Source: Ancylonema sp. (taxonomy: Eukaryota). Taken from it: a stretch of DNA of 64,000 nt. The notes under the pieces are model-generated. The model did not search any database. It was not told the origin of the DNA and saw nothing but the letters and a program-made list of their open reading frames with translations. The translations under genes and the position numbers were made by a program. Of this stretch, positions 23,411 through 35,988 are shown in pieces. Each line of letters opens with the position of its first letter. Position 1 is the stretch's first letter. The DNA lies in assembly GCA_050230475.1 (NCBI GenBank), contig JBFLGF010000002.1:62001-126000 (forward strand). The letters run 5' to 3'.

Positions 23411-26400
23411 ATGGACAGGCGTTGTAAGCCTTACGGTTTCCTCACTGGCTGCTTAGCAATTGCAGCGACATTTGTTTTTTTCTTCCCGGCCAGCATTTAT
23501 GGTGCCGCTGGATCTGAATTGAGAAGGACTTATTCTGCGACACCTTTTTTGTCCTCTGCCGCTGAGGTGGACCCCCTAGGCCTTCGTGATCCATTCGCAT
23601 CTCTGTCTGACCGGGAAAAGAGTCGCTGGACTGGCACCAAGGAGGATGCTGGAGTCGAAGCCAAGCTGAGGAAGTTGAAAGCTTTGGAAATTACTGTAGC
23701 AGTAGATGTGAAACTCGTCGGTTTTGACAGCGATGGCCACATGAGCATAAACATTAGACAGGTTCGCCCCTGTTTCACCCGTCTGCTTCTTCTTTACCTC
23801 GAGTATCCAATTGTGAATGTATCCAGGGGCATAAGCTCTGGCTTCTTTCATAAATAAGCAAACATGCACTTACGTCGACCTTTGCAGATGCCCCTACGTG
23901 ATGCTTACTTCGTAGTCTGTCGCATTTTGGTGCTGCCTTCCATGTCAAAGAGGGGCGTACATGTTTGAGCAGACAGCAAAGCTTCAGCTCCTTCATCCTC
24001 CCCTGTTGTTGCCTACTCTACCGATGCTGCACTTTGTCCATAAGTGAGAACTCTGCAGTGGCTTCCCCATGTGATGCGATGCAGGGCCAGCTGGCAAAGT
24101 ACCTGGAGGCTCTGAAGACAGATCCACACGTGCAGGTCATCCATGGCGAGGTATTGTTCTGCTCCCTACACCATACTCGCTGCTCGACTGCCTCACTTCT
24201 GCCTCTGTGGCCCAGACACGGCATCATCTGCATGTTGGCAGTTGCCAGGAAGGTGCAGGAAGCGCATTCAACATTTATACTTGGAAGCAGGAAGTAGCTG
24301 TGTCTCGTGCAAGTACTGATCTCCATGCGGGTATGGTTTCAGTCTCACAAGATGGGATTCAAGACTCGCCTACAGTTTCATGCCAGCAAAACAGCCACAC
24401 GGTTAACCAAGGATGTGTCCTCGGCAATCAACAAGGCCATTCTGAAGGTGGGCTTCCAACAGAGCTGGGGAAGGGGACAGAGTGACAGGCGCTTCATATT
24501 TCCCTCACATGCCTATTTGGACATCATCTTTGCTCCAGACTGTTCCTGAAACACCATGATAAGCTATCCTGCTGCCAGGGTACGAAACCCTAAGTCCTGC
24601 GATGTCATAACCATCTTTAAATCTGAACCCTGGTTGTCCTTTCGATTGCATTCCAGGCTTCTCCTCAGAGTCTGGCGGCCTCAGGAGCTGTAACCATCCC
24701 TCATGACTCCATCGACTCCCTCATCGCTGCCGATTTTTCCGACGCCTCCACCTTCGCCATCTATATTTTGAATCCCAGAGTGGAGGACCGTGGAGGCGCT
24801 CAGAATGCCCCCTACTCCTACACCTACGGCGACGCAAAAGGGTGTTCTGGGACGGTGTCCGCTGGCAGGGTAGGTGTCAGAAGCAAAGGAGTCCACTTCC
24901 TTATGGTATTCTAGAAGCACTGCACACTTGTACCTGCACTTCGACTGCAGTCGGGGTTGGCCAGCTGCCTCACTGCCTGGGCTGCGCTGGGTGCAGGGTC
25001 GGTACGCGTGGGTCGACTTGACAGCTGGCCCTGTGACGTATGGACCCCTGGAGCACGGGGAGGGGTTGGTGGCCAACCACTCGTGGGTGCGAGCGAGCAG
25101 CTACACCAGGGACCAGATGGAAGGGGTGAGGGGAGGGGCTATCAATCCACTTTTGTTCTTTTGTTCTGGTGTGACCGCAAGGGATGGAAGTGGGGTGGAG
25201 ATGATGGGGCGGGTGGGAGGGGGTTGGGGAAAGACATCTGATGAGGTTTTTCCTCATTCTGGGACAGCATAGAGCCCTACCTTCTCACAGTCCTCGTTTC
25301 CCCCCGCATCTTGCCCCCAGGCTTTTCTGTCCCGCTTGGTTTCCATAGCAGCCCAGGCGAGTCGGTTCCTATTCTCCCCCTCCCTCTACCACCACCCCCT
25401 GCCCTTTGCGGTGCACACAGAGGTGCGGGTGGTGAATCTGAAGGGGGCGCTGGACGACATGCCAGAGGAGGGAGTGGATGCAGAGGCCATCGAAAAAGAG
25501 GTGAGGGTCGCCCTGCCGGATCCTGAACTCGGACCCCAGACCCACACTGTTCTCCATTTTCCATTTTTTTCCCCATTTCTCATGGGAACCTGCTTCTCCA
25601 TGTCTCCTTGCAGCTCAAAGCTGTAGTCGGCGGCCATGGCCTCCTCCTGCCGCGTCAGGAGTTGAGCGTCAAGACCTCCAACCTCTTCCTCTCCCACTGC
25701 GCCTTCTGTTCGGCCGCATACGCGCGCTCCATCCGGGTCAGTCCCCCGCCCACACCCCTGCCTGTGATATTGTGATAGCGCAGCCCACCTGAGGTGTTGG
25801 GCTGGGGATGGGGATGGGGATGGGGTGCTGTCGATGCAGACCTACCTCCCTTCTCTCTCTGCGGACGGTGCCGTGAAGCAGTACTTAGACTCGGAGGAGC
25901 TCCACCATCTGCTGGCCCAGTTCTGGCCAGAAATCAAATGTAGGGCAGTGGGAACAGAGGTGGTGCAGAAACAGGTTTGTTGCGAATGCCCTGACTGTGT
26001 ACCGACTGCATGGGCCCCACAGCTCTGGCAGGCGTTCAGGACCCCGCCTTCCTCATCCCAACCCACCCCAGCAGCGGGCGCTTCATCCCCGTCTTCGTGC
26101 TGGACCTGGAGATGGACCAGCCCCTGCTGCTGGACCGCACAGAACAGGTCACTCCCTCCCTCCCTGGCCTCCCACGTCTCAAACCTCAAGCCTCAAGCCT
26201 CAAGCCTGGAGGGAGGGTCTCAGGCTGTGGCATACGATGACATGGTGATAGCGGTACGCACGAAGGGGGCGCCCATTCCGTCTCACTACCAGTACCCGCC
26301 CCGCCCCTCACCCCTGCACCCTGCCAGCTGTCGCTCGTAGGTGCTCAGCTGGCTCTGGGGGCGTGGGTGCAGGTGTGGCGGATCCGGTTTGATGCTGGAC

Positions 26401-27325
26401 CCCTCCAATGTGAACCGGGCCCTGCTGGCCGCAGTGCTGCAAACTGGGTGGGGAGTCTCTCCCCCCTACCTTTCCTGGAGCCCCCTCCTGAATCGCACGG
26501 AGGTGGATTTCCGGTGGGCGGTGGGGCAGACCCCCGTTGGGCCCTTCTCCCCCTCCCTCTCCCTCTCCTTTGCTGACCGCGCTGCCGGTGCGCGCAACCT
26601 CCTGCTGTCTCTGCTCAACGACACTGTCGCGGATGCGGAGCACGTGCTGGAGGCCGTCAAAGTAGGACGCCCCAACCCTCATACAACACTCTGCCCTCTC
26701 TGCTCTCTCCCTCACCACACTCTGCTGTGGTCGAGTCGGGTGCAGGGCTACGGGGGGGACGAGGTTCTGCTCCCCACTCCGCAGCGCGCGTGGTTCTCGC
26801 AGCGGTGGAAGGTGTTGGAGTACAAGCTGCAACACGCGTGCTCCCTCCTCTCGCACCACGACACCGCTCACGCGCTCTTCTTCATACGCTCCGCACGACA
26901 CGACGTGGAGGCCATGATGGAGATTGCAAAGGGGGCAGCGGCAGAGATGCACACAACACTAAGATGCTTCAGGGTAAGAGGGGAGGGGTGAAGCCTAGGG
27001 AATGGGTGGTGCTTACAACATGGTCGGCCGATTGGTTGGTTGGTTGGTGGGAGTGGCTTCACATGTGCGGGAATCTGGAAGTAGCGGGTGCTTTGTAGCC
27101 TGCCAATGGAATGGGAATGGGAAATAGATGTGACTCGAGGTGGGGGAAGTGGCGCATGTGGTGAGGCCCAAAAGTTTCGTCCGTTTGTTGACGAAGTTTG
27201 TGATGTTGCAGGAACCGCCAACACCCTGGTTGTGGTATGGGGCGATGCTGCTCGCTGGCGGAGGGTTGGGGAGTATATGGGTCAACCGGGAGACTTTGTT
27301 TAGAGTGAAACATAAACGATTTTGA
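23411..27325 (+). CDS. Conserved plant/algal membrane protein of unknown function (At3g28720-like), multi-exon
   Basis: N-terminal hydrophobic signal segment; motifs VDVKLVGFD, RYAWVDLTAGPVTYGP...GEGLV, YLDSEELH, IPVFVLDL, QAVAYDDMVIAV, WAVGQTPVGPFS; C-terminal TM then RETLFRVKHKRF*. Consistent GT/AG introns. Confidence 0.82.
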
Positions 27326-28523
27326 GACATGAATACACTATACTTTTACTCTACGACATTCATGAAGTGGCCGATCCAAGCACAAGAGAGTGAGCATGTT
27401 GAACTCCTGACTTCTCTAAATGGTGTTGGGGCGCACAACTGTGGTAGATGTGGGACTATAGAAGCAAAGTTCTCAAACGTGTTTTTGCTCAGAGGTTTGC
27501 GACGGTGGCGATGGTTTGCAAAGGTGGCGATCATAATCCTACCATACACAAGTTACACCATATACAATGGTGTAACACGACACCATTTGTTGCCTCACAC
27601 TATTGAGAGTCAGCGTGTCCATAGTTATGTCATTTACAGTGTCGTGTTATCTAACATCGTGCCATACTCACACGTGTCACACTATCGTTCTAACGAACAT
27701 CTTTGTTCAATGAACCACACACATCCGAAACACTACTACACCACACACGTGTCCGCTCACACGTGCAACATGATCTAGTCTAGATCCGCAATACACACAT
27801 GCAATACAACTAATGGCCACCGCCAACATATCACTAGTACTTAGGACATGCCAAATGTAAATCACTCCCCCCCAAAATATGGGAGTAACTCCCCCATCAG
27901 CTTTGCACCCGGTGCAAGATGCGACGAGGGGTGAGCAAGGAGGAAGAAGCTTGAGATAAATGTTGAGGGGTTGGACCTGAAAACCACTAGGAGTAATAAC
28001 CACCAGTAATGAGTTTTCTTAACCAGACATGTGAATCCAAATGAGATATGCACTCAATGATTATCACAAGGGTTGAACAAAGAGCAACTATTACCCCTCC
28101 CCCCCAAATGTGAACCATGGGTGGGTAAGCGTTTTCTTCACACACCATCATCATAGAGTGATGTTTGGGCCATGCAAATCCTTCCAGATGTTGCCCTTCC
28201 CATGCATGACATTTGATGATCAAATATGGTAACGCATCTCATGGCAATCCATGTACACGGTCTTCCACGAAGTTGATGGACCCCCCCCCCCCGTCCTAGT
28301 GGACTTCCGCTTGGCGTCGTATGATTGATCGATACGTGCAACTAACCCATTTTATTTTGAGCTAGTACAAGCCTAAAAGTATAATGCTGCATCACAAAGT
28401 GACGGACCGTGTAGGATTTCTCTAAGCATACCATGCCATCAAGACTCAGATGAGAATATCCCCATGTACAGTAAGCAGTATGTTGGGTAGAGGCATACCT
28501 GATTGATTGGAACACATCCATGC

Positions 28524-28841
28524 TGTTAGGACCACTCCATATAGTCACTAGTGTTCCCCTAGTGAGTGTGCCTAACCCGCACTCGTGTGCTTCTAGACTA
28601 GAGTTGAGTTGTCTCTATAGCGTGTGTGCTTAAGCTCTATTCTAGTTCTCCCATTTGAGCGTTCATGCTAGTTCATTATTCAGTTTAGCTATATACTCGA
28701 TAGGAGCATACTTTACAGTTGCTCCTATCAATTCATGTATTACACTTACATATAGCACTTTCCCATTTCCCCTTTTGAGTGTTGTGTGTTTGTGTCTTGC
28801 TTTCCTAAGCTATGATGCACTCTCATTATTGCATCGTAACA
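28524..28841. mobile_element. Solo LTR (318 bp) with 5-bp TSD
   Basis: tgttag...gtaaca flanked by CATGC at 28519-28523 and 28842-28846. Confidence 0.85.
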
Positions 28842-28849
28842 CATGCACC

Positions 28850-30030
28850 TTCAGGTACCCTTAGCAACGGCTTGTCCAAGAACCAGGGGAAGTATCCCTC
28901 GTTGCACTTGTCGCACATCACCATCTTGCTTGCAATCCTTCTTCAGCAGCTTGTTGAGGGGGAAGGCGATGGAGCTCGAATGTTGAATAAACTTCCGATA
29001 GTAGGAAGAGAGGCCCAAAACGGCGCGCAGGCTGGCAAGGTCTGTAGGAGATGGGAGTTCGCGGATTGCTGGCGACTCGTTTTGCTGAGTTTGTTGAGAT
29101 GCGGTGTCCCAGGAAGTTGATGTTGTCAGCAACGAACACGCACTTTCCCGGATGCGCCTTCATGTCAACTTCTCGTAGACGCTTGAAGACTTCCTTTGGG
29201 TGCTTTACGTGCTCCTCCATGGAGTTGGAGTAGATGATTATGTCGTTGATGTAGCATCGGCAAAATAGCAGATCCCGCTCCACTCGGTCCATCCTCCGCT
29301 GGAAGGAGGGTGGCGCGTTCGATTGGCTCCCCAAAATATTTTAGTGCACCGATCCTCTAGCGAGAGCGGCACTCCGCAAATCCAACTCGCTCGTCTGGTA
29401 AGCGGTGCCGCCTCCCTAACAGCTTCCGTTGGGACTAGCACTCGTGCATACCGCCTCCGAGCACTGGCCATTTTTCCGTGTTGTCGATTGTAGGTCAGCA
29501 CCATTCCTTGAAATTGGTAGTTAGGGCTGAAGGGGTCGCCTTCCCGCCGGCACGTGCCTGTAATTGCGGTCATGGCTTGCTGGCGCTTCTTGACTAAGGT
29601 TTCTAGGATGATTTTTGGATGTGTTGTCTAGCAATGTAAAGTGTTGTGGCCCGGCTTGCTACAAGTTTCACAGATGTGGCCGTGTGTCTTGTGCGCAGCT
29701 AGGGGGTCACGTTTGCTGCCAGGAGGTTTGACGTTGCCGTTCGGCGCGCTCTCCTTTTTCTGCGGGCGGTTGCGTGCGATGTGGCCCAATTGATGCTGTT
29801 GGCGGCACTCCCGTGTCTCTGGCCGTTGATGTTCCAGTACACGTGCGCCAAGACGGTCCTTGAGGTTGCTTGGGAGTCGCTCAGCCATGGGGCAAGGAGG
29901 CCTTGGTGGAGCATCTGGCGGCGTTGGAGTGTATGCTTTCTCCGTCAGGCGTGGGTCAAGTACTTGGCCGGCCGCCTCCATTTCAGCTTCAAACTCCAAA
30001 AGTTGGCCCTCCTCTTCTTGCGCCATATGG
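28850..30030 (-). mobile_element. Decayed Ty3/Gypsy retrotransposon (gag zinc knuckles and RT fragments)
   Basis: CETCSKPGHNTLHC and a degenerate knuckle GHIARN; RT motifs NAPPSFQRRMD...CYINDIIIYS...KCVF...NFLGHRIS and LRAVLGLSSYYRKFI. Frameshifts and deletions present. Confidence 0.88.
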
Positions 30031-31750
30031 ATGAGCTCGTCCTTCTAGATTATCCTTTGCGGGTCCTATATAAATACACGTCAAACCCTGGTCTTGCCCA
30101 CATCAAAGCCTTGCACCAATTGTTGAGGTATTTGAAGGGTACGCAACATCTTTTTAGGATAAAAGCTTATGTGCGGTGAGATGGGCCAATCAGAGTGCGG
30201 TACCGAAGATTTATATTCGAGTCAGATAAAGCTACCGTACCACTCAAGCTTGATTGAACACAATCACACGACAAGAATGAGAGACGGAATCAATTGTTGA
30301 TGAAATGTGCATCGGGTTATATCGCCCGATGCACGATGCACAAACATTATGGCACAATGTGACCGATTGGTAACGGCTACGTGCTAGATGCTTCTGGCCA
30401 ATAATAGCGTGCCACTACAATTGATCACATGATGATATATAAGAACGGTCACAATGACCGACCAACGACTATGATCGAGTCGCATCATTGTTTCTAGTAA
30501 GCTAACATCGCGCGTACAAGTCGGGTGCCCAGGTAGAGTTGTACCCGGACCCTAGGCAAGATGCTTAGGCATACAAAGTGGCATATCTGACCACTCACAT
30601 ACTAACAGATCTGGGGGTCACTTTTGTTGGGAAGAAAAATATAGAAGTAAGGGGCTTTTGTGATGCTTCATGCAATAGCTGGAGCATGACAAGAAAGAGC
30701 GTTACTGGATGGGTAACTACTGAGGGGGGACAACTCTTAGTTGGAGGCCCTAGAAACAGTCGACTATAGCACAGAGTAAAGCAGAGGCTGAATATGTTGC
30801 AGTAAAGAATGCTGCTATTCGAAGTCATTGCTTACATAATTAGGGTTTCCTAGCGAAATCATTGTTTTCTGCGATTCAGCTTCAGCCCTGTCAATGATCG
30901 TCAACCCAGTCCAAAGACAGGAGGCGAAACACTTCAATGTAGTATACCATTGGGTTATGGAGTTTTACACAAGAAAAAGGCTTCATTATGTGCACCTTAG
31001 TGGAGATAAGCAGCCAGCCGACATATTTACTAAGGCGCTGCCACAAGTCACTTTGGCGCGACACTTATAGGAGATTGAATTTGGGAGTGTGTATTAAGGA
31101 AGTGATCATCTTGCCACCGTCCATTGGCAGGGGTTGTGTAACTACAGCTATCTGCACACCCAGCTGAGTCTTTCCTTAAGCCTTAAAACCCTCAAACCAT
31201 TATCTTAAAAACCCTAAGACATTCTGTGGTAGTTTGGGGAAATCAACAGCAAATCAAAAACCTGTTTTTTTGTAACAAAATTTGTTGAGCATGTGCCTAT
31301 TATATATATAATGCTTACAGAGAAATTTCAGCTTGTTGTGATAAGCAATCTTTGAGATATCCAGTATAGAGCATTTCTAAGCTTTACGGCATAATTTTCA
31401 TTTTCATTGTTTGAACTGCTGTTTGGTCAGAAACTAACTTCAGCTTGTTTATATTGTATGTGGAGGTATCTAAGACTCGAGATGGAGCTCGGGAGTTTTA
31501 AAGCTGAAGATTTTGAAGCTATTTCGATAAACCCCTCTTGTGGAATAGTCCTTAGAGGGTGATTCTAAGCCACTGTTATGATATGACTGTATGCTATTAA
31601 ATGCCGAGTAGTTCTCCTTTGTTTTTATCATTCCAATTGGCTGGTGGCAATATGAGGGGGCGTGTTAGGATATGAGCATTCAGATATGCCACCTTGTGTG
31701 CCTAAGCAAATTGTATAGGGGCTGGGTGCGACTCCACCTGGGCACCCGTG
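30030..31750 (+). mobile_element. Decayed Ty1/Copia 3' half (RT-RNase H, 3' UTR, PPT, start of 3' LTR)
   Basis: SNPGLAHIKALHQLLRYLKGT...GFCDAS...RKSVTG...KQSTIAQSKAEAEY...CDSASA...KHF...QPADIFTKAL with stops; PPT tgagggggcg then LTR tgttagg at 31663. Confidence 0.9.
30152..30607 (-). mobile_element. Solo LTR nested in the Copia pol
   Basis: Reverse complement aligns with LTR 32473-32928. It interrupts LKGTQHL|GVTF and has a near-perfect TSD CATCT/GATCT. Confidence 0.85.
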
Positions 31751-32244
31751 TCGGACTATATTAGATCGTGTGCNACATAATTCGCACGTGCATTTCACTC
31801 ATTACAACGATGATTGTTATATCGAATATGTTACACGTGTGAATGGTCCCGATGATAAACGGCACGACAGTATATTAAATAAGTGTATATTGAATAAGAG
31901 CAGTGTTTTCTAGTCGGCCAAAGTAGCCTAAATAGTGTACGGAGAACTTTGTCGCATTCGGTGATTCGGTGGGGACCGATATGCGTGTGTGTCTATGAAA
32001 TGATTAAATGAACTTGGTGGCTGAATATAAGTTTAGATTAGAAGTATGTAGTACGAATATGTTGCGTGTCAGTTTTGACTTGCTAAATTAGTGACAGGAT
32101 TTGTTGAAATAATGTATCAGTGAAAGTGTTAGTGACGTGTGTAGACGTGTAATTTTAGTGGCGTGACGTGTAGGCGCGCGTTACAATGAGTCAGATTTCC
32201 CGTATGTTGTTTAGATTGATCGTTTGCTCTATCTACGGCCGTAA

Positions 32245-32928
32245 TCTAACTTGAGCTTGTTTATATTGTACATGGAGGAGGCTAAGGTTCGAAATGGAGC
32301 TCTGGAGTTTTAAAGCTAAAGATTTTCAATCTTTTCCGATAAATCCCTCTTGTGGAGTATTCCTTAGGGATATATTCTAAGGCACTATTATGATTTGGCT
32401 AGATGCCATTGAATGCCAAGTAGCTTTCTTTATTTTTATCTTGCCAATTGGTTGTTGGCAATCTGAGGGGGTGTGTTAGGATATAAGTGTTCAGATATGA
32501 CCTTGTGTGCCTAAAACATGTTGTCTAGGGGCCGGGTGCGACTCCATCCGGGCACCCGACTTACTTGTATACGGTTTGCTCAGTAGGAACCGTGATGTCT
32601 TACTCGATCATAGTCGTTAGTCGGCCATCATGACCGTTCTGCTATGTCGTCATATGATTGAGTGTGGTGGCGTGCTACTACTGGCTAGAAGCGTCTAGCA
32701 TGTAGCCGTTACCGTTCGGCCATATTGGGCCAATAATGTTTGTGTACCGCGCATCGGGCAATATAGCGTAATGACATTTCGTTAACAAAAACTTCCGTCT
32801 ATATCATTCTTGTCTTGTGTGTTCAATCAAACTTGAGTGTTACGGTAGCTTTGTCTGATTGTGATAGAACTCGTCGGTACCGCACTCTGATTGGCTCATC
32901 TCACCGCACATCAGCTTTTATCCTAAAA
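32245..32928 (+). mobile_element. Second Copia 3' UTR + PPT + LTR (LTR ~32473-32928); partial third LTR at ~34133-34508
   Basis: 32245-32560 parallels 31432-31750; PPT tgagggggtg precedes tgttagg; LTR body repeated at 34133-34508. Confidence 0.8.
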
Positions 32929-33649
32929 AAGTATGTTTTTTAAAATTTGTGGTGAATTTCAGTTCTTGGCCCGAAAACGAATACTAGATCGTTACAGAGT
33001 AAGATTTACCCAAGGCAAGGTATCGCCTGGATTCTGAACGTGAGTGTTCGAAACGGTAAGATATGTGAATGCGCCGATCTCATCACAAGCTCTATCGATC
33101 GACAAGTCAATCGACCCGCACTTCGTTCCTATCGAAGTCAAAGATATGATGCAAGTACCAGTCAAGATGCACACAACGCAATAACAATGCAAACTGAAAG
33201 GAAAGCGCTAAACACCACCGGAGCACACTTTGAAACGATAAGGGTCGGAGTGTTATAGTGTTATGTAAGGCCCCGCGCTGCAATTACGGCCAAGTGTGTC
33301 GACACACCAACTTGTCGTCTAGCGATCGCACGAATACTCGTCCAAGTATTCCGCACGCATATGACAAACGCAACCACATACCGCTACCTCACGCAATCAT
33401 GACGATTGTTGCCCGTATTGCACATCGGCCGTACATTACTAACAGGTGCGCGCGCGTGCGGCGTCATGCGCCGCCGCCTACGGATCCGTCGGGATTCCCG
33501 TGATTCCATACGACATTCGCAAACCCGCTATATCGCGAAACAACTTGTGTCACACTATTGCCTGCATCGGTTCTTGATTTCCACCGTCGGCCCAACTTCT
33601 ATATGGATCATCATCATCGATCATATATGGACAGACGATGGCAATCTGA

Positions 33650-34100
33650 AATTGCAGACCCTACCCGTCGTGATTTGGTGGAGCGCGCCGCTATACATGA
33701 TCTCGTCGCTGCCACAGATGCGGAGCGAAGGAAGGAAACCCAGTATTGGGATTGCGCCGTTGGGACGAATTTTGTGCCCTTTGCTCTTGAGACGTACGGT
33801 GTACTGTCTCATAGATCGGATCGATTTTTGTTCGAGTGTGCCACGTTAGCATCTAGGGAGGGTGCATGTTCAAGGCCCTCCATTAGCTTTTGTGCACATG
33901 GTTCCGTTAGAGAGTGTCGATTGCGTTGCAGCGGTCGCTAGCACATGCGATACATGCTAGAACCCTACGTCTAGAGCAATCCGCGACCTTGTTACCCCCC
34001 CCACCACCGCACGTTCCACTTTCTTCTTTGGAGTCACATATTATTGCTAGTTTTGTCCAGCACGATCGGATCACATAGTTGTCGCTTTGAGGACATGTAG
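33650..34100 (+). mobile_element. 3' fragment of a non-LTR retrotransposon with restriction-like endonuclease (CRE-like)
   Basis: IADPTRRDLVERAA...AATDAERRKETQY...FVPFALETYG...FL...RVSIALQRSLAHAI matches the REL endonuclease signature of CRE/R2-group elements. Confidence 0.75.
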
Positions 34101-35338
34101 TTTCTNATGGGCCCGATGATAAATGACACGACACCCGATTTGTTTGCATACGGTTTGCTCACCAGGAACCGTGATGCATGACTCGATCATAGTCGTCAGT
34201 CGGCCACTAGGACCGTTCTAATATGTCGTCATATGATTGAGTGTGGTGGCACGCTATTATTGGCTAAAAGCGTCTAGCATGTAGACGTTACCGTTTGGTC
34301 ACATTGGGCCAACAATGTTTGTGTACCATGCATCGAGCAATATAATCCAATGTTATTTCATCAACAAAAACTTCCGTCTATTATTCTTGTTTTGTGATTT
34401 TGTTCAATCGAGCTTGAGTGGTACGGTAGCTTTTTCTAACTCTAATAGAACTCGTCGGTACCGCACTCCGATTGGCCCATCTCACTGCATATAAGCTTTT
34501 ATCGTAAAAAGTCCGGTTTTCCTGATTTTTAATGAATTTCTGTTTTTGGCCCAAAAACGAATACCTAATCGTTTTAGAGTAAGATTTATCGCTTGGGTTC
34601 TGAACGTGAGTGTTTGGAACTGTGTGATATGCGAATGCGCCGATCTCCACCGCAAGCTCTATCGATCGACAAATCAATCGATCTACAGCTCGTTACTATC
34701 GAAGTTAGAAATATGATGCAAATACCAGCCAGGATGCACACAACGCAATAACAATGCACACTGAAAGGAAAGCGCTGAACACCACCGGAGCACACTCTGA
34801 AACGATAAGGGCCAGAGTGTTACAGAGAGGTAATGTAAGGTTTTGCGCTGCGGCTATGGCCAAGTCTATCGACACACTAATTTGTCGTCTATCGATCGCA
34901 CGAATACTCGTCCAAGTATTCCGCACGCGTATGACAAACGCAACTACATATCGCTACCTCACGCAATCATGACTGTCGGACAATATAAAATCGGGTGCCT
35001 CTATGGTGATTTATGGGGGAATGGGTGCATGTGCCTATACGATAAATAGTGCAGGTGCGGATATTTGCGTCCTTGAACCATGTTTGACACGTGGTTGGGG
35101 TTTTGCAATGACATTTCAATTTGGCACGCGCCCGGACGGACGTAATTGCAATCGAGTTTCGATTGTCAAATGATGGCCGTAATTATTTATGAACGCCATG
35201 ATTACTCCGCCATCAACGACAACTTTTCCGGAGGCAGAATTCCAGCAGCACGCTGCCTGTCATATCTCTGTTGATACAAAAACTGAAGTACGACAGCTCA
35301 GGCTAGCTACTGTGTTGCTGTCACGATATTTCTATGGT

Positions 35339-35988
35339 GGCTCTGATACCACTGATACCAGCGGGGTCTGCCATTAGGCCAAATCACTCACAACTGGATT
35401 TCAGACTCTAAATCTAGTGCAATGCGTAGCTCAACAGACCATTCACAATACCCCTGTCATAGAACCAAAATGGCATAGTAACGGTATATTGACTAAGCGA
35501 ATTAATTAAATCGGTCTCAATTGTCTTTCCTATATATTCTCTGAATCCTACGACGAACGCGAACAATTTGTCTTGTGCACAAAGTACCGAACCAAACCAA
35601 TCTGTTTCACTAATTGTCACGTGCCTGTATTGAACGGATAAATATTAACGCGCCCATACGAAACTAAATGCGCCCGACATGAAACTCAGCACGTCCGTAC
35701 AAATAATACGTGCACCCGTGATGAAACTGAACACGCCCATGAATTAAACCATGCACGCCCGTACCAATAATAAGCACGCCCATGCAAATACCACGCGCGC
35801 CTGTAACTAAAGTGTGTGCGCCCTTCTGAACCGAATAATCTAATTCAATCAACTGACGGTCGCTCACGCTCGCGCGTCTATCCGGTTTCGGCTAAGGCTA
35901 AACACTTATTCAGATTACAAATATTCCGTACACCCGAAGGTTAACCGGAATCCAACAAGAAATCCCAGGGTGTTGTATTGTTGTATCA
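35339..35988 (-). mobile_element. LTR (35353-35988) with adjacent tRNA-Met primer binding site; internal region missing
   Basis: ggctctgatacca (= TGGTATCAGAGCC on minus) at 35339-35351; inverted termini TGATAC...GTATCA; degenerate ~21-bp cacgcccat-type tandem array at ~35615-35830. Confidence 0.75.

Noticed and set aside
31774..34106. Sequence adjacencies across single Ns (31774, 34106; also 39486)
   Set aside because: Probably scaffold joins, so the order across them was not interpreted biologically.
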